Below, in pieces: positions 10,301-22,300 of a DNA stretch of 64,000 bases. Source of the DNA: Ginglymostoma cirratum (Eukaryota); assembly GCA_024137785.1 (NCBI GenBank), contig JAHRHZ010000067.1:4311281-4375280 (forward strand), written 5' to 3'. The notes below the pieces were generated by a model. It ran no database searches and was not told the origin of the DNA. It saw nothing but the letters and a program-made list of their open reading frames with translations. Made by a program: the position numbers and the translations under genes. The stretch's first letter is position 1, and the number at the start of each line of letters is the position of its first letter.

Positions 10301-13300
10301 TTGAAACTAATACAAATAGTTAAGATTTTGAGAAAGGTGATGTTTCATTGATTTACATCAGGAAAATCAATCCCACAATATGAACTAGGCTATGCGATCA
10401 TGTGATTTGTTATTTTTCTTATTCCCTGCTGCTCCCAGTCAGCAATTATGTTTTTTAGTATAATAATTAAGCATTTGGGGGTGCCCTCTCTGCTGTTTGA
10501 AGTCATACTTAGCACAAGGAAAGATAGTTGTGGATGTTAGAAGTCAATAATCCCTGTTCTGAGATATCACTGCAAGAGTTCCTCAGGATAGTATCACGAG
10601 CCTTACCACCTTCAGCTACTTCATCAATTACCTTCCCTCCATCGTAGGGTCAGAACTGGGGATGTTTCCACGATGTTCAGCATCATTTGTGACAACTCAT
10701 ATTGAAGCAACGTATATTCTTATGAAACAAGAACTGGACAATATTCAGGCTTACAGTAACAAGTAACAGTTGCACCGGATGATGACTATAATGCTTTGAG
10801 AGAATCTAGCCATCTTCCCTTGATGGTCATTGGCAGTGCTTTCACAAAATACCCTATTATTAACATCCTGATGTTACCATTGACCAGAAACAGAACGGAA
10901 CCAGCCATATAAATATTGTGCCCTCAAAACGAGGTCAGAGGCTTGGGAATTCTGCAATGATAACTTGCCTCCTGACTGTGCTAAGCTTGTCCTGCACTCA
11001 CAGTACACAAGTCAAGAATGTTATGGAGCTCCCTACACTTGCTTGGATAAGTGCAACTCCAGCAATACTCAAGAAGCTCGACGTTATTCATCCGAAGCAC
11101 TCTGATTGGTATTTTGTTCACCGTCTTAACCAATTAATGCCCTTTACCACCAATGCACAGTGGCATCACCTTATGCCATCCATGAGACATCTTGCAGCAA
11201 TTCACCATAGCTCCTTTGACAATGACCTCTACCATCTTCGAGGACAAGAGCAACAGATGCATGGAGACACTACCACATGCGTTCCCCTCCAATCCATACC
11301 TCATTCTAACTTGGGATTATATTGCTGTTCTTTCACCATCACTGGGTCAAAGTCAGAAACTCCCTTCCTAAAAGCACTGTGGCTATATCTACCCACCATG
11401 GACTATGGTGATTCAAGAAGGCTGATTATTACCACTTTTTCAAGGCAATTAGGTGTGGACTGTAGATCCAAGCCCAGCCATTGATGCCTATGCCCAGTGA
11501 ATAATATATTTTTAAAGAAAAAAGTTTGGTCTGCAAATTTGAATAACTGCAAGCTTCATTTTCTGATTTTACAAGTCCGATCACTAATTCATTCGCCTTA
11601 CTGCCGAGTTGACTAAATCTGAAGTTTGGCTTTCCGAACCCGCATCACCAACCCTTTAGATCCATTTAGTAATTTAGCTCTAATAAAAATGGTGGCAGAT
11701 TAAAGCTAATTCAAAAACAATCAAGTCATTTATTATTTGTTTTACTGACAAAACAGAAAATCGTTGTAGGTCATTAATCATTTTAAACATGTTCAGTTCT
11801 TTGATTCTTCTGCAGTTTCGTGTCTGAACTTAAAAAGTCATTTTTACCCTCTTTTGACGTCAAATTTTGTGCTTGAATTTTTCTGAAATACTAGCTAACC
11901 ATCTCAAGATTGAGTTTTTTTTAATTTCTTTGATGGGATGAGCGCTTTGCTAGCAAGAACAGCAATTGTCCATTCCTGAGTTCTCTCTTTGAGAGAGAGC
12001 AGTGGTAAGCTTCCATCTGAACCACTGCAATCCATTTTGTGTAGATATGCCCATCGTGTTGTCAGGGAGGGATTTGCAGGATTTTGAACCAGTAACAGGA
12101 AAAGATAATCAGGATGTCTTTAAGGGGAACTTGCAAGTGGGATGTACTGGTGCAACTGATGCTTTTGGTTTTCTAAGTAGTGGAGGTTGTAGGTTTAGAA
12201 AGTGCCAACAAAGGGGCTTTGGGGAATAGCTGCAGTACAGCTTGTTATATCGTACACACTGCTGCCACTGGAGACAAAGAGTGAATACATAGGGTGCTGA
12301 ATGGGTTGCCAATCAAGCAGGCTGCTTTGAACTAAATAATGTATAGTTTGTGATAGTTCTTCATTGTTCTTGGAAATGCATTAACCCAGGACGGGGAGAG
12401 ATTTTCTTTACACTTCTGAGCTGTGTCTTGAGTTGGTGGACAAGTTCTGGGGAGTCTGGGGGTTAATTATTCACCACAGAATTCCCAGCCTCTGATCTGT
12501 TCTAGCATCCAGTGTTTAATCTGGCTGGTCCCGTCAAATGACATTGTGATAATATTAAGCCGTAAAATGCGTAACTGGTTCGTATTGAAAAACACTAAAA
12601 GTTGTGGGTTATGCATCAGTTTGGAAGGTTTGGTTACAATTGGTACTATTGGAGAACAAAAAAAAAGTAGATTCTGAAGAAATATTCAAGTTATTTTAAC
12701 CAAATAAATTTTGATCTTACTGCTTGATAAGATCATTGTGCTGAAGGCTACTTTGGCATATTTAAGGGGAAGAACAGTATTTTAAGATATTTTTGTCCTT
12801 TTCGTTTTGTAGTGCTTTACTAGAGGGTTTGAATACAAGAAGCATGAAAGTGACCACAGTTATGAAATAATGGTGAGTACAGAGATTTTTAAAGTTCTCT
12901 TCTAAATAGGTAGCCAGATAAAGAATTTATTTTGTAGTTAAGAAAGTTCTGATCACTCATTATTGTTAGTTATAATTGTTTATCCAGTTCTGCATGTGGT
13001 GTGCATATATTTAAATAATTTCAGTTATGGCTTGTAGTTCAATGTATCTGACATTAAAGGTAAACATATTATTTTCAGCTTCAGTTGCCAATGCACATCA
13101 ACCTCCACCAATTCCACCCTGTATTAAGACAACATGCAATGAAGAAGGAACAGCAGAAAACCCATTCCTGTTCAAACTTAGTCAGTGAAATTGTAGAGCA
13201 GACATATAATTATATGAAAGCTGGAGAACTCGTGGTATTGGAAAAGAATGTTAACATTCTTGTTATGATGTATAGCAATATTACATAAGGATATTTAGAG

Positions 13301-16300
13301 TGTTAGGGAGCTCTCGGTCAGCTGTCATCAGTAGTTGACAAACCAATATCCTTCATGCAGGTTGAGCGTTGTGTATAAAAAGAAATAATACCAAGAAGAG
13401 AAGACCAAGTAATCTGTTTCTTTCAGGATGTTATTATATATTTATCAAAATAAGTTATACCAAGGTTATTGAGCAAATAGATTGAATAAATATGTTTATT
13501 TCAGGTTGAGTTTCTGAGACTAAATTTTTAGCCAACCCTGGGGTGAGGAAGGTGAGGTGGTTGACTTTTATGTGAGTAATCGTTTTAAAAGTCTGAACCT
13601 CTCACATCATCTTGCTATTGTGGAGCTGTTAAGTCAGAAGTTGTTCTCAATAACTCCACCCTCAGAGTAGGCAAAAAGACCCAAAATGTTCTTCTATTGC
13701 TGAATCTTAATTATAAATAATATTCTCCATAGATGTTGAATGTGTACTCAACATTAATCGAATTTACTCAAAAACAAAAGCCATGAAGAATAAGTCGCAC
13801 TGTTCTGCAAATCTGCTTATCTGCACGCTATCACTGCATCTGTTTGCTTATTGTGAATCTAATCTTTGCTTATCTGCAGTTTTAAAGAGAAAAAAATGAG
13901 GAAAAGCTTTCTTCCTGGAGTAAAATTGTGCACCACGCGTGTCATGTGTTGTGTATGCAAAGTTAATTATTTGTGCTGTTTACAAAACACACTAGTTGCA
14001 ACCTTCCCTGGGAACACATCATTGGTGAACTGCTCGGAATTGCTATTCAAATTTATGCATTTTAGCTCAATTTTTTTGAAAAGTACTACTCTGTAGCAGT
14101 GTATGCACTAAGAATGTGGAAATCCATAAAATTCAGCCTGCTCCTCATTTTCAGAGCCAAGTAATATATCCAAGCCTGCTTTGTGCATGGCAACATTGTA
14201 AGGATCAGCTTCAGCAGTTGTTGTATTCACCAACATCATTCCTTAAGTGATCATCTTTGCTATCAGATATATTGGATATTTCACATTTGTTGAATTATTT
14301 TGTGACAATCTACATTTTAATTTCATCTCTGGCCTTTGTATGCCGTTCACACAGGGTTAGCAATACATCCATATGCTGCCTTCATTGATGGAAGTCTTCT
14401 CCAGTCTTCTAGTTATTCTGTTTTTTTCTCTCGTGCTGTCCTTGATGGCTTAATAGGCAAGACTGGACAAAACCGATTAGAGCACCAGGAATCGCTGCAA
14501 TATCACTTTGTCCTATCTAAGTTCAGGAACAACAGTGTGTGATTGAAAATGTGCCAAATGAGAAGACTTTATTCCTTTACTTTTCCTCCTTGGAAGCTTA
14601 GACTTTTCTCAACCGTGTTTTCAAATCGCTTTCATCTATCAATCCTTTATTGTGGTTGTGAATGATTACTCATTTTGGAAATTGTTGTTTTGGGAGGTTT
14701 TTTTTCCCTTGAATATAACCACTGTCTTAAACTTTGTCCCATCAGACATTGATAATGATGATATACTCTTTTTGTGGCCAGTTTTCTCTCTAGCTTTGCT
14801 GAACATCTGATGGACTGGCTTGTCAAAATTCATGGGAACCTAATCCATGTCCCCAATACAGACCAATCTGTATCCATTGCGTTGTCACCGTTTGATTATA
14901 GACTCCCATTAAATGTAACACTGTCATCAAGCTCTGCTGGGAGACACTGTGTAATCTTTGTCTTCTGTCACAGTACAAAATTGATTTACCACCCAGGGCT
15001 GGTTTTGAAATCACCAGAGCTTAATTTTCTTCTTTATTTCAGGACAAGAATTGGATAGATCCTTACAAAACAGATTCATTCTTGTAATTGTCATTGATAA
15101 TGTTTGCAACTTCAACTCCCAGCTGCTAGGCCTTCCTCTCTTTGTTTGTTTATTCTTAGGCATGTTTGAATCGGACTGTTAATTTTCCTCTTCAGAGAAA
15201 GCAGATTGGCAGAGCACAGCATACACAATGAGGTGTCCTTTGACATTACATGTTGATATTCACAAGCAGCAAAAGCTGAAAATCTGCTGCCATTGGTGTC
15301 CCTACTTCTGAGCGGGGGGCCCAGATTCAAGTCCCACCTGTTTTAGAGCTGTGTAATAATATCTCCGAACAGGTTGATTAAAATTGGCTGATTTTGTTAA
15401 TGAACAGGTTTACACTAGGGTACAGTGGACCACAGCAGTGAGTGAGTGGCAAGTATGAAGAATTTGGATTTTTTGGCCTGGGGTTGATTTATACACACGA
15501 TACATGAAAAGTAAGTGTGGTTTTGAACAAAAATTGTTTTTTGTTTGTACACAAGATTAACATTTACCGGAGAATATGCAGCACCCTCAGTTCCAGGCAG
15601 GTGTAGATCAAATGTGATGTGCAAAGGTTTCCCCAGTTTAAAATAGAAATTCTATTCTTCTACTTAAAAGTTTGGAATTCATTAAATATAGTGATGGCTA
15701 TAAATCACATTTTCTTTTTCTTTCCATGACTTATATGCAGACGTCTGATTTTCCCATTTTGGATCCAAACTGGACTGCTCAGGAAGAAATGGCATTACTT
15801 GAGGCAGTGATGGACTGTGGTTTTGGAAACTGGTAATACAAGTTATTTTTTGTTTGCAATTCAAGTATTAGCTCTCTCGTTCCAGCAATCTTTCACAAAA
15901 ATGTGTTATATGCTAAAATTTCCCCTCCTCTTATAGTCATCCTGAATGATTTTTTGTTGCTTTCTGTTACTAAGCTAAAGGCATTCAGATGCAATTCCTG
16001 TTCTCTCTTGTCATCTCCTTGGCCAAAATCCTGCTTACATCCTGGAACTGGTTGCTGTTTCAGTTTTATTCTTCTTTCATCTCACCGCCAATCCATCCAC
16101 GTTACCTCCTCCCAAGTTCAGTCCATAACATTGGGGGTTCCCAACCGTTCCAGTATCAAGGCACACCAGCTGCATAACCAAATGGATTTCCCTACTGCAT
16201 ATACACGGTGTCAAATGGCAGCAGATACTCCCTTTGATAATAGACACTGAGGCTCCAGAGCAGATCAAAAGTAGGACCAAAAAAATTTCAGGGCACATCT

Positions 16301-19300
16301 CTTACCTTGTCGTGACACACTGGTTGAAAACCACTGCATAAGATCCAGCTCTTGCACTTTTAAACGTCTGGTACCAGGCCAGATTATTACAGTTACCCAT
16401 CCTTGCCTTCTATGAAGTTGCAATTTATGAGCTCTTCTCTGCTCTTCCTGTCCAAAGACCCTGTTGTTACCCTCTAGGTGCACACTGATGCCTCCCAGAT
16501 CTTAACTGAACCTTTACATTAGGATTCTGATTCTCCCGTAATAATTAAACAGTTCAAGCCACAGGCAAAGTCTTTGCAGTGAGTACTGTGATGCAATATC
16601 CAAACTCAGTCACTGACATTATCAGTCACACTGTCTCTATTGCCCCTTGATGTTCTTGGTTGGTGAACGACCAAGTTCAGTCATAGTCCTGCCAATCTTT
16701 GCGTAATGAACCTTCAAGAAAGTGGGTTTCTGATTCTCCGCCTAGATATTTTTGAGATGCTTAAAGGTAAAGTTGCCATAGGACCATTGGACTGCTCTCT
16801 CAGAGGAAACGACTGGTGATGGTTTAACCCGAGGATCACCACGTCTCAGGTTTGTGGAGAGGTTGAGAAGGGGAGTCCTTCATGGTAATCTCAGCTGGTG
16901 CAGGAATTGAACCCATGCTGTTGGCTTCACTCTTCATCACAGACCAGCCACCCAACCAACTGAGCTAACTCACCCCTGTGAGATGTTTACTGGTAAATTG
17001 TCAGACAGGAATTCCTATAGCACCAAAATATTGATTTTAGCAGGCCATCAAGCACTTAAGCTTCTGATGTTTAAAGTAAAAAATTGCAATGAACTATAAT
17101 AAGAAAGTTGAATCTTTACTTGTCATATTTATTTTGGCCTTTATGAATGCATGTAATGTATGTAAGCAAGACTGTTTGGTATTTTATTGAAGAATTTACA
17201 AATATTAAGATGTGGCATACCATCTTGCACAGAACATACAACACAGCAACATTCGGTGCAGCAGGTCCATGCCCAGATGAGTGCCTTGCTACTTTCTTTC
17301 GTCTCATCCTATAAACATTTTTTTCAGTTCTAAGGGGTTGTCCCTTCACTCTGAGATGTGCCCACTGGTCTCTCATACTAATGGAAACATCTTCTCCACA
17401 TCCACTCTATCTAGGAGTCTCCGTATTCTGTAAGTTTGAGGATGTAGACATGCTCGCTGAGCCAGTGGCTTTGGTCGCAAATGTTTTATCACCCTGCTAC
17501 ATAACATCGTCAGTGCACCTCCGGTGAAGCGAGTGTTCTGTCCCACTTGTTACTTATATGCCTCAGTTTTCTAACCAGAACTCCGTCAACAAACACATTG
17601 AATTAGATCCTGTGTACAAACCATTGAGAAACAGAACTGGAAATAGTACCAAATACCCCAACAAACTGAGGCATATAAATAACAAGCAGGACAGAAAACC
17701 AGCTCCTTACCAGAGTCACCCTGACAACGTTACCTAGCAGGGTGATGAAACGTTTGCAACCAAACCCACTGACTCGGCGAGCATGACTACAACCTCATCC
17801 ACAACCCGAGCTACAAATCTTGTCGAAAACTTTAAATTCTGTAAGTTTCAACGCGAGTCCCCCTCCCTATCCTTCTAAATTCTATTGAGTACAGACTCAA
17901 AGTCCTCAACCGCTCCTCATATGACAAGCCCTTCATCCCCAGAATCATTCTTGTAACCCCCTCTGGAGGCCTGCACATCCTTCCTTTGATACAGGGCCCA
18001 AAATTGCTCCCAATACTCCAGATGCAGTCTGACAAGAGCCAAATACAGCCTCAGTACTACATCCCTGCTCTTGTATTCTAGCCCTCTTGAAATGATTGCC
18101 AACATTTAACTTGCCTTCCTTACTGTCAACAGAACCTGGATGTTAACCTTAAGAGAATGTTAAACTAGGACTCCCAGGTCCCTTTCTGCTTCAGATTTTC
18201 ACAGCCTTTCTCCAGTTAGAAAATAGTCTGCACCTCTGTACTTCCTACCAATGTGAATAACCTCACACTTCTCCACATTATATTCCATTTGCCACTTACT
18301 TGACCACTGTTCTAGCCTATCCAGTCCTTCCATAGTCTCTCCACCTCCTCATCACTCCTGTCCCTACGCATATCTTTGTGTCATCTGCAAACTTAGCAAC
18401 AATGCCCTCTGTTCTTTTGTCCAGATCATTGATATATAACATGAATAGTTTTGGTTCCAACATAGACCCTGGCAGAACTCCACTAGTCTCTGGGTGCCAT
18501 CCTGAAAAAGACCCCTTTATCCCCAGTCTCTGTCTTCTGCCTGTCAGCCAGTCCTCTATCCATGCCAGTACCTTGCCCCAACATCATGAACTCTTATTTT
18601 GCAGCCTCCTGTGCAGCACCTTATCAGAGGCTTTCTGGAAATCCCAATACATCATGTCCACTTGTTCTCCTTTGTCTAACATGTTTGTTACCTGCACTTC
18701 AAAGTACTCTGCAATCTCATCCTTAATAGTGGGCTCTAAAATCTTACCAACAACTGAGGTCAAGCTAACCAGCCTATAATTTCCTGTCTCTGTCTTAAAC
18801 ATTTGACTGTTTTCCAGTCCTCTGGGACTCTCACTGACTCCGATTCCTGAAAGATCACCACCATAGCCTGTACACCCTCCTTCAGGACTGTGGTGTGCAG
18901 TCTATCAGTCCAGATGATTTATCCCCCTTCAGATCTTTCAGTTTTCCCAGCGTGTTTTCCTCACCTCTGACCCCTGAGTTTCTCAAAGTTCTGGTATGCT
19001 ACTGTTGTCATCTACATTGAAGACTGATGCAGAGTACTTAGTCAGTTCCTCCGCCATATCTTTGTTCCCCATTACTACTTTTCTAGCCTCATTTTCCAGA
19101 AACTCAGTGTCCAGTCTTGCTTCCCTCTTACCTCTTATTTATCTTGAAAAACTCTTGCAATCTTCTTTTATATTGCCAGCTAGCTCAACCTCATATTTCA
19201 TCTTCTCCCACTTATTGCTTTTTCAGTTATCCTGTGCTGATTTTTAAAGGCTTCCCAATCCTCTGTCTTCCCACTAATTTTCACCACATCGTACGTTTTG

Positions 19301-22300
19301 TCATTTGCTTTTATGCTGTCACTGACTTCTCTTGTCAGCCATGGTTGCTTCATCCTCCCATTAGTATGAATTTATTCTGTGCCTCTCGAATTATCCCTAT
19401 GGTTGCTTTTACACCATCATCCCTCTGAGGTTCCCCTTCAAATTAACTCTGGCCAGCTCCTCCCTCATGTCTTTGTAGTTACCTTTACTCGATTGTAAAA
19501 CAGTTACATTTGATTCAAGCTTCTCCCTCTGAAACTGCAGGGTGAATGCCATCATATTATGGTCACTACGACCTAGGGGGTTCCTTTATCTTGAGTTCCC
19601 TAATCAAGCCTGCTTTATTACACATCGCCAAATCTAGAATTGTCTGTTCCCTTGTGGGCTGTACAATAAGCTGCTCCAGAAATATCACCTAGACCTTCCA
19701 CAAATTTCTTTTCTTGAGATCCACAACAAGTTGATTTTCCCAGTCCACCTGCATACTGAAGTCCCCCATGATTGTTGGTGATTCGTCACATGCTAGCTGC
19801 AGCAGTAACTTTGGGTCAAAATGGGTCAGGACTTCTGTGTTTAATAAAGCCTGTTTGCGTATTTAAAGGCTCTTTCACATTGACCTTCCCATTTCCAATT
19901 CTTCTATTGGCATAATAAATAGTGCAATGGCTTGAGAATGGTTGCAAGATTTGAGGCAAACCTATTACAGTAATTTAGCAAGCCCAGAAACAATCATAGT
20001 TGGTTTACATTTTTAGGTGCTGGTGCCTCAGTTACGGTTTTTGAAGGTAACTTCTGTAGTCCCTTAACATCAATGACTTAGCCTAAATATTTAATACAGA
20101 ATTTTAAAAACTCACGTTTGTCTTTCCTTATTCTTAGGCTATAATCTTCAAGTCTCTGCACAGTAACATCTAAATTGTGGAGATGCTCTCTTTCATTTCT
20201 CTCTCTGACTAAAATACAATCCAGGTAATATTAGACTCCTCCCAATCCAGTCAAAACCTGCACCATGGCATATTGGAATAATACTGGTGCAAGAATGATT
20301 CCAAATGGAAGTCTCTTGTATTTGAGTAGTCCTTTATATGTTATGATCATCAAGTATATATGTGACTGAGGACCTACATTCATCTGGAGATAGGTTTGAC
20401 TAAGGTCAATTTTAGTGAAATGTTGACCTCCAGCTTGTACCAAATGGATCATTGGTTAAAGGCAAAGGTTTATGCTCCGCATACAACACCACATTAACAG
20501 TGACTTTAAAATCATCGCAATCCATCCTTCTGCATCACTGGTAGAATAAGTATGCCCAGTCACTTAAATGTATGGGTTCAGTGAGTCCTGTCTTGACCGA
20601 CCTCTTTAATTCTGCCTCGATCTTTGGTCTCATCTAGCCTTATAACATTTTGCTTGATTCTCATCCTTGATTTTCAACTTAACAGATATTTTCCATGCAT
20701 CACAGATCCCCATGGAAAACATTGATAAATTTCTTTGGAATTTGTGATAGATCAGTTTCAAAAGCAATTTGCTTCAGCCCAGTTTGAGTTTATTTTCTTG
20801 AGCCACGTTCTTCCCATGAAAGCTGGAAAATTTCTTTCAGTAATGTGTGAGGACAGATCTTCACATTGACCGTATAACTGAATATTCACATTGATACGAT
20901 CAATTAAAGGCATACTTCTTATGTGCACATTCTTAGTACAATGTTTGAGGGTTGCAGCACATTGTAACTCATTGCTTCTGATACATATTTTCAGGTATCA
21001 ATGAAACCACCCCCATTCATACCAGTTTGCCATTCAGCAAGGAAACAATTCAATATCTTTCCTAATCAACCTGCACAGGGTTTTTATTACGTCCTTCTGG
21101 AACAGGTGCAACTCAAACCCAGGCGTCCTGTGTGACTCGATATCAGTTGATGTCAGCAATAGCCAATGTGTTTAATAATAGCTGCTCTTTGGACTGCGAG
21201 TCCGGGCTTTTCTCATGCCCGTTTTATATGTGTAGACTTTCTTGCTACTCTTCAGTTTTTATACTTTTGCTATATATTGTTCATGTTTCTTCCTTAAACA
21301 CACTCGATCATTGTGCCCTTTTTTGCCACAGTTTCTGCATACACCTTTTTACCAGCAATTTGCTGCTGCATAAATATTTTTCCACAAAGATGGAAGTTTT
21401 GAGCTTGCATTAGTTATCGTCTCTAAGCCACAGTTTTGTGAACTCTTATGCTCAAGCTTAGCTGTTGAGCTTCCTTGGTTGCTAGTTCCATCGAGACTGC
21501 TATTTCCAGTGCTTTCTTTATATCTTAAATTTCTTTCTGTCAGTAATGTCTCCTGCATTTGTTTAACATGTAAACCACACACCAGTCTAGCTCTGATAAC
21601 ATAATTTAGATCATCTCTAAATTGTAGCATTCTGCTAACAGCTTTAATATTGCTGCAATCTGGAAGGATAGATTCACCATCATGATGGTTGCTTTTGTGG
21701 AATCTGAATCTTTCAGCAGCAGTCACCAATGGTTTTAGTGAAAAATGGCTCTGCAGGGTTCTTAACATTTCTTTATAAGTTTTGGATCCTGGCCACTGTA
21801 GTTTGACGAGACTCCTCAGGAGGCATAGCAAACCTACCCCCACCCCCCTTCCAACCCCCAATAATACTCAGGAACACAGAGATGACTGTAACTACTTCAG
21901 TTTGAACAAAATAATGGATACTCTCTGTGTCGGAATTCAGCTGTCTGTATTTTCATCATTTGGGAACATAGGAATTAGGAGTGGGAGTAGGCAGTTTAGC
22001 CCTCACAAGATCACTCTGCCATTTAACATAGTCATTGGCTGATCTTATCCTGGCCTCAACTCCACTTTCTTGCCTGCTTCCCAAAGCCCTTTATCCCACT
22101 TTTTATCAGATACACGTCTATTTTTCTCCTTAAGCCTGTTGATTGATTCTGCCTTCACTGCACTCTGGGGCAGTAAATTGCACAGGTTCATAACTGTTTG
22201 AGAGAAGTAGTTCATCTTCATCTCAGTTTTGAACATAACCTCCTCTCACTTTACTTTTATGACCTCTCGTTTGAGACCGTCTCATAAGGGGGAACATTGC

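Noticed and set aside
10918-11484. 188-aa ORF
   Set aside because: It lies wholly within a decayed LINE 3' region.
16050-16500. Minus-strand ORF SVSIIKG...REIHLVMQL...GLNL faintly resembling a PLE GIY-YIG end
   Set aside because: Too degenerate to call without an HMM search, and no terminal repeat or TSD was found.
16880-16978. tRNA-like sequence (also about 60555-60620 and 5455-5550)
   Set aside because: A and B boxes are present but there is no closing cloverleaf, and each continues into a SINE body. These are SINE heads, not tRNA genes.
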